Below, piece by piece: positions 59,122-64,000 of a stretch of DNA of 64,000 nt. Positions within the stretch are counted from its first letter, which is position 1. The number at the start of each line of letters is the position of its first letter. The notes below the pieces were generated by a model. The model saw only the letters and a program-made list of their open reading frames with translations. It made no database searches and was not told the DNA's origin. A program made the position numbers and the translations under genes. Source of the stretch: Candidatus Tayloriibacteriota bacterium (GTDB lineage: Bacteria; Patescibacteriota; Minisyncoccia; Phycocordibacterales; PALSA-1337); contig JACRJP010000004.1 in the NCBI GenBank assembly GCA_016215455.1, positions 155,787 to 219,786 on the forward strand, in the 5' to 3' direction.

Positions 59122-59596
59122 ACTAAAAATAGCTTACACAAAGGGTCTTTATCCAACCCTACCCCCATACAGAAGGGCCTGAATCTTAAGATTAGGCGGT
59201 TGCTGCCACGATCGGTTAGTCAGAGCGATCTCAACGTATGGGGTTTCAGGACCCAGATCAGGAGATGGAATTCTGGCGGTCAATATCGGAAGACGCGTAT
59301 CGTCCTTCCTTTCGACAATCAAACCGTTCCCTATAAAGAATTGCTTCACAATATCGACAAAGGTTTCATCTGCGACTGGCTCTTCGAGAAGGATCTCGAA
59401 GTCACTATCAGGCATTTGAGCCAATGGATTAGGATTGAGTTGTCCCTCAAAAACCCCAACGAGATAGTCCGAGAGACCTACACGAGGATCGATAGAAGTA
59501 GATCCGAGTTTTTTTACACTCATGAGTCAGAGATGTATGTGGTGTGATACGAAGAGTTTTCTCTCAATAACTTATCAGACCCCTACTATATGTCAA
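59122..59596 (-). other. Orphan transcription unit 12
   Basis: TTGACA 59596-59591 (inside the last gyrB codons), 16 nt, TAAGTT, AGA at 59562, ORF, variant end motif TTTTTAGT 59129-59122. Confidence 0.6.
59149..59523 (-). CDS. Orphan hypothetical protein (124 aa)
   Basis: Fills the intergenic gap and has its own promoter and G-poor leader; no recognisable motif. Confidence 0.6.
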   Translation of the reverse strand: MSVKKLGSTSIDPRVGLSDYLVGVFEGQLNPNPLAQMPDSDFEILLEEPVADETFVDIVKQFFIGNGLIVERKDDTRLPILTARIPSPDLGPETPYVEIALTNRSWQQPPNLKIQALLYGGRVG

Positions 59597-61679
59597 TTGT
59601 CGCTTTCTTTGCGTTTGATTGGATAAACAACTTACGTGAAGGTACATCAGTACCCATGAGCATATCAAAAATCTTATCAGCTTCCTGAGCATCTTCAATG
59701 TTCACCTTCTTCAAGATACGTCGTTCAGGATCCATAGTTGTTTCCCAAAGTTCTTCTGAGTTCATCTCTCCGAGACCCTTGTATCGCTGGATCGTAACCT
59801 TCTGAACTCTCTTCCCCTTTCCATCATCTACCATTTCAACTTCGCGATCAGCATCATCTGCAGGCGCATCAGCTCGTTCAAGAAGTTCGTCACGACCAGT
59901 CTCATCCAACGGATTTATCTCCGGAGTATCATTACCAAGTTCTTTGATCTTATCTTCATCATTGTAGAAATACATGATTTCTTTACCACGCTTCACTTTG
60001 TATAGTGGTGGTTGGGCGATGTAAATGTATCCACCTTCAACGAGCGGACGGAAATATCGGTAAAAGAGTGTGAGAAGAAGTGTACGAATGTGAGCACCGT
60101 CAACGTCGGCATCAGTAGCAATGATAATTTTGTGGTAGCGAAGCTTTGAAAGATCGAATGTATCTGCAATCGCAGTACCAAGAGCCAACACGAGATTTTT
60201 AATTTGCTCAGAACCAAGCATTCGATCAAGTCGAGCTCGTTCGATGTTCAAGATTTTTCCTCGAAGAGGAAGAATCGCTTGGATACGTCGATCACGACCA
60301 GTCTTTGCTGTTCCTCCCGCAGAGTCTCCCTCCACAATGAAGAGTTCTGATTCTGAAGCGTCGCGTGTCTGACAGTCAGCGAGCTTACCTGGCAATGTCA
60401 TACCTTCAAGGACTCCCTTTCGAAGAACACTGTCCTTAGCCGCCTTAGCAGCTTTACGTGCCTTGAGTGCAAGAACTACTTTACCAATGATTGCTCGCGC
60501 ATCATCAGGATTTTCTTCAAGGAAAGCTGCGAATGCTTCTCCAAAGACGTTTTCTGTTGCTCCTCGAGCCTCAATACTTCCGAGTTTTGCTTTTGTTTGA
60601 CCTTCAAACTGAATTTCTCGCATCTTTATCGACACAGCAGCTGTAAGACCTTCTGCGACATCATCTCCAGTGAAATTATCTTCACTTTCTTTGACGAGAT
60701 TGTTCTTACGAGCATACGCATTGAGTGTTCGCGTAAGGGATGTTTTGAAACCGGTAATATGTGTACCTCCTTCACTGTTATAGATATTGTTTGCAAATGG
60801 AAGAACACGTGACGAAATATCATCAACATACTGGAGAGCAATTTCAACTGATTCAACACCTTCTACTTGCTTTTCAATATAGAAAACATTCTTATGGATC
60901 GGCTTCAAGATCTGATTAGTGAATCGAACAAGAGAAACAAGACCTCCTTCAAAGAAGAAGGTATACGAAGGTGCGTCAATAGCAAGATCACGGAAATAGA
61001 ATACATCTTCAAGATCAGGTATTTTTGCTGCTCCTCGAGCATCGATCACAGAGATACGGAGACTTGGTACGAGATATGCCTGCTGTCGCATGTAACTAAC
61101 AATTCGATGAAAATCAAATGTCTGCTTTCCGAAAATAATTTCGTCAGGTGTAAAAGTTACAATTGTTCCATTACGCTTTGTAGAACCAAGTTTTTTTGTT
61201 GCTGCTTTTTTCTTTCCCTGAGAATATTCCTGAAAGAAATGTCCTTCATCTATTTTATGTACGTCAACTCGACAATAAACTGAGAGTGCGTTAACTACCG
61301 ATGCTCCCACACCGTGAAGACCTCCAGAAACCTTATATCCTTCTCCGCCGAATTTACCTCCGGCATGGAGTACTGTCATGATTGTCTCAAGAGCAGAAAC
61401 TTTTGTCTGCTTATGAATACCTACTGGAATACCTCGGCCGTTGTCAGTTACACGAACAGTCTCATTAGGGAGAAGTACTATTTCAATATCATTCGCATGA
61501 CCTCCCATCGCTTCGTCACGAGAGTTATCGAAGATTTCATTAATGAGATGATGAAAACCATCAGGTCCTGTAGTACCAATGTACATTCCGGGACGCTTTC
61601 GAACTGGATCAAGACCTTCAAGAACTTGGATCGAATCGGCTCCGTAATTACTCTTCTTTTCAGCTGGTTCTTTAGCCAT
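59586..61679 (-). CDS. gyrB: DNA gyrase subunit B
   Basis: VRKRPGMYIG, SGGLHGVG, VEGDSAGG, DADVDG and RYKGLGEM motifs. Confidence 0.97.
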   Translation of the reverse strand: MAKEPAEKKSNYGADSIQVLEGLDPVRKRPGMYIGTTGPDGFHHLINEIFDNSRDEAMGGHANDIEIVLLPNETVRVTDNGRGIPVGIHKQTKVSALETIMTVLHAGGKFGGEGYKVSGGLHGVGASVVNALSVYCRVDVHKIDEGHFFQEYSQGKKKAATKKLGSTKRNGTIVTFTPDEIIFGKQTFDFHRIVSYMRQQAYLVPSLRISVIDARGAAKIPDLEDVFYFRDLAIDAPSYTFFFEGGLVSLVRFTNQILKPIHKNVFYIEKQVEGVESVEIALQYVDDISSRVLPFANNIYNSEGGTHITGFKTSLTRTLNAYARKNNLVKESEDNFTGDDVAEGLTAAVSIKMREIQFEGQTKAKLGSIEARGATENVFGEAFAAFLEENPDDARAIIGKVVLALKARKAAKAAKDSVLRKGVLEGMTLPGKLADCQTRDASESELFIVEGDSAGGTAKTGRDRRIQAILPLRGKILNIERARLDRMLGSEQIKNLVLALGTAIADTFDLSKLRYHKIIIATDADVDGAHIRTLLLTLFYRYFRPLVEGGYIYIAQPPLYKVKRGKEIMYFYNDEDKIKELGNDTPEINPLDETGRDELLERADAPADDADREVEMVDDGKGKRVQKVTIQRYKGLGEMNSEELWETTMDPERRILKKVNIEDAQEADKIFDMLMGTDVPSRKLFIQSNAKKATIDI

Positions 61680-61732
61680 ATTTATAGTTTTTTATGTGTA
61701 AATTATACCAAAAAATAGCCATAAATTCTCTA

Positions 61733-62267
61733 TTGACTGTGGGAAAAGTGAGTGGTAGTGTGAGGCAAGAAAAACAGACAGAACAACACAGAACATATCC
61801 ATGCACACAACCACTCTCTGGGACCTCACCAAAGGATTCGAAGCCATTTTTAACAGTCCAACATTTGCAGGCCAAAACTGGCCACAGTTTGAGCATCGTG
61901 CGTTGCACGATCTCTCCTCCGGCCATTTCCTCGATCGCGGTTATGAAGTCGTGCGCGGGGAGGTTGGAAGGCTACCTATCTTCCTTCAAGGTGGTAGCGA
62001 CCGCGTCGAGCTAATCGCTTCAGACGTGCCGCCACACATCGCCTATGCCACGCGGCACTTCAGCGATTTGAGAGCCCTCATGAACCATCTCGTCGAGAGT
62101 AAGGAGTTCGAACTCGTCGAGGGAGGACGGTTCGACGTTGATCGCAACGACTTACGGGCAGTGCTCCTCAAGCACGTGACCTCGGGTGATGTCATTCAAC
62201 TCATCTGGCGGCATAAACAGATCTTTAGAGGAGTATTCCCAGAATAACCTTGTGACTATTTTTATTT
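61733..62267 (+). other. Orphan transcription unit 13
   Basis: TTGACT 61733-61738, 17 nt, TAGTGT 61756-61761, AGA at 61768, ORF, TTTTTATTT 62259-62267 overlapping the pheT stop codon. Confidence 0.75.
61801..62247 (+). CDS. Orphan hypothetical protein (148 aa)
   Basis: GC-rich ORF with its own promoter and an A/C-rich leader; no recognisable motif. Confidence 0.65.
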   Translation: MHTTTLWDLTKGFEAIFNSPTFAGQNWPQFEHRALHDLSSGHFLDRGYEVVRGEVGRLPIFLQGGSDRVELIASDVPPHIAYATRHFSDLRALMNHLVESKEFELVEGGRFDVDRNDLRAVLLKHVTSGDVIQLIWRHKQIFRGVFPE

Positions 62268-64000
62268 ATCGTATCTCCCAACCCTTAGCTTTGAGTGCTT
62301 CGTAGATAGCATTCATTGGTGTTGTAATTTCTTCTTCGGTAAGAGTTTTATCAGAAGCCTGGAACACAAGGCGAAATGCATACGAAGTCTTTCCTTCTTT
62401 TGTAAAGACATCAAAGAGTCGAAAACGAACACAATATAAACCTTTAAGTGGACCTATTACGTCCTTAACTGCTTCAGCAGTAATACCTTCAGGAACAAAC
62501 ACCGCCACATCACGCACAGCAAATGGATAATGCGAGATTGGAACATACTTGATCGTTGACGAAGCACCGAATGAAAGGTCTGTATAACTTGCAGGAACCT
62601 TATATGAAGCAATGATTGTATCAAGAGAACACTCTCCCCACGCGAGAAGTCCTGATGATTCGATAGTAAATTCAAAACCTATACCAAATTTTTCTGAAAG
62701 TTTTGCAACTGCAGCCTTGAGTACATCAACAGGAGTTGTACCTTTTATTTTCTTAGCAAAACCAACAGCAAGACCAAGATGAAGGTGTTCCCCATCTTTA
62801 TCAAATACCTTTCCTACTTCAAATTGTTGCACGATCTCTTGCTCAAGTAGATCTGCGTTACGAGTGTTCATGGTAATACTTGCCTCAAGATTTGGGAGAT
62901 GTGATGTTCGTAAGAATGCCTTATCAGTCGCCACTGGATATGCAGTTTCGTAATACCCTTTCTTACCAAGAGTATAGAGAATCGTTTCAGAATATCCTTC
63001 ATCGATAAGAATATTTTTAACAAATTCACTTATATAAAACTGCTTCTGTACCTGAGGAATAAAATTAGTTTTTCCAGGAAGTTTCGGTACAATTTTGTCA
63101 TAACCAACAAGACGACCAATTTCCTCTGTAATATCTTCAGGAATAACGAGATCAAGACGGAAGTGAGGTATTTTGATTATCCAACTATCAGCTTTCTTTT
63201 CTACTACTACAATCTCAAGGAGATTTAAAATCTTTTCCATCTCAGTCTGTTCTACTTCATGTCCGAGTGTACTTGATACTACTGCAGGTGAAAAAGAAAC
63301 TGTTCGCTCCTGAGCTGGCTTTGGATATACGTCTACAATTTCACCAAATTCTGCCTGAGGAGAACTTTCAGCAATGAGTGATGAGAGGAGGTCCATTCCC
63401 TGCGCAGCTGTTTCAGGCGAAAGATCATTCTCAAAACGTTTTGATGAATCATTCTTAATCTGTACTTTTGTTGAAGTACGACGAACTGACGTTGGATCAA
63501 AATTTGCAGACTCGAGAATGAGGTTCTTTGTTTCTAATGTTACTTCTGCTCTTTTTCCACCCTTTACACCGGCAATAGCAAGAGGACCATTATCATCGGC
63601 AATAACAAGCATTGAATCATTGAGGGAAACTTCTTTTCCATCAAGCGTGGTTATTTTTTCTCCTTCTTGTGCACGACGTACCGTAAGAGTTCCAACAACC
63701 TTATCAGCATCAAAGGCATGAAGTGGTTGACCACTGTAGAGCATGACGTAATTCGTCGCATCGACAATAGAGTTGATTGAACGCTGTCCCACAGCTTCTA
63801 GACCAGATTTGAGCCATTCAGGAGAGGTTGTGACTGTTACTCCTCGCACCCTACGACCCATATAGCGACGGCAAAGCTCAGTATCAACAACTTTCAGATT
63901 AAGTTTGAGATCTTGATCAACTTTTGCAGTAACATTTGGTACTTCTGCTTTCTTTCGAGGAACACCGAGTGCAGCTGCGAGTTCATACGCAATACCGTCC
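62266..64000 (-). CDS. pheT: Phenylalanine--tRNA ligase beta subunit (5' end outside the window)
   Basis: B3/B4 motifs NSIVDATNYVM and GQPLHAFD, B5 motif RLDLVIPEDITEEIGRLVGY, FDX-ACB motif RDVAVFV; frame is open to the window edge. Confidence 0.95.
   Translation of the reverse strand, partial: DGIAYELAAALGVPRKKAEVPNVTAKVDQDLKLNLKVVDTELCRRYMGRRVRGVTVTTSPEWLKSGLEAVGQRSINSIVDATNYVMLYSGQPLHAFDADKVVGTLTVRRAQEGEKITTLDGKEVSLNDSMLVIADDNGPLAIAGVKGGKRAEVTLETKNLILESANFDPTSVRRTSTKVQIKNDSSKRFENDLSPETAAQGMDLLSSLIAESSPQAEFGEIVDVYPKPAQERTVSFSPAVVSSTLGHEVEQTEMEKILNLLEIVVVEKKADSWIIKIPHFRLDLVIPEDITEEIGRLVGYDKIVPKLPGKTNFIPQVQKQFYISEFVKNILIDEGYSETILYTLGKKGYYETAYPVATDKAFLRTSHLPNLEASITMNTRNADLLEQEIVQQFEVGKVFDKDGEHLHLGLAVGFAKKIKGTTPVDVLKAAVAKLSEKFGIGFEFTIESSGLLAWGECSLDTIIASYKVPASYTDLSFGASSTIKYVPISHYPFAVRDVAVFVPEGITAEAVKDVIGPLKGLYCVRFRLFDVFTKEGKTSYAFRLVFQASDKTLTEEEITTPMNAIYEALKAKGWEIR

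Noticed and set aside
52238-61679. Inteins or introns in dnaE or gyrB
   Set aside because: Lengths are normal; the gyrB insertion is short, acidic and lacks splicing motifs
93-62267. Classical integron cassette array
   Set aside because: No IntI gene, no consistent RYYYAAC/GTTRRRY attC pairs, the units are dispersed, and each has its own promoter
93-62267. IS200/IS605-type or other IS elements explaining the TTGAC and TTTAT ends
   Set aside because: No TnpA, TnpB or DDE transposase in the window and no shared subterminal hairpin sequence or terminal inverted repeats; cannot be excluded if the enzyme acts in trans
1-64000. CRISPR array, diversity-generating retroelement, retron, rRNA or tRNA genes
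   Set aside because: No regularly spaced repeats, reverse-transcriptase motifs, template/variable repeat pairs or cloverleaf/rRNA signatures seen by eye
1-64000. Alternative genetic code 25 (TGA = Gly)
   Set aside because: Long core genes are intact under code 11 and TGA serves as a stop codon (e.g. uppP, rnhB)

Overview
A 64-kb chromosomal window from a reduced, AT-leaning bacterium using genetic code 11. It is most consistent with Patescibacteria/CPR (Parcubacteria-like): hinge-less SMC, NusB-Nudix fusion, type IV pilins and no Shine-Dalgarno signals. The backbone carries housekeeping genes (typA, truB, hisS, rpoD, dnaG, rpoBC, trmD, rpsP, rnr, smc, rnc, rnhB, dnaE, thrS, gyrB, pheT), a divergent type IV pilus locus and envelope genes. 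Many backbone genes look leaderless, with a -10 hexamer 6-7 nt before the ATG. The main unexplained signal is 14 stand-alone orphan transcription units scattered between these genes. Each has a TTGAC-like -35, a 16-18 nt spacer, a -10, and an AG dinucleotide 34-37 nt from the -35. A G-poor leader follows, then a mostly GC-richer, highly divergent ORF, then a TTTT(T)ATT end motif. Their cargo includes a pseudo-adenylate kinase, beta-carbonic-anhydrase-like, trypsin-like, GNAT, Nudix and TIM-barrel proteins, two related basic micro-peptides, and a secreted protein with a Verrucomicrobia-like C-terminus. No integrase, transposase, reverse transcriptase, CRISPR array, rRNA or tRNA was recognised. 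All family calls come from reading motifs by eye, not from database searches.
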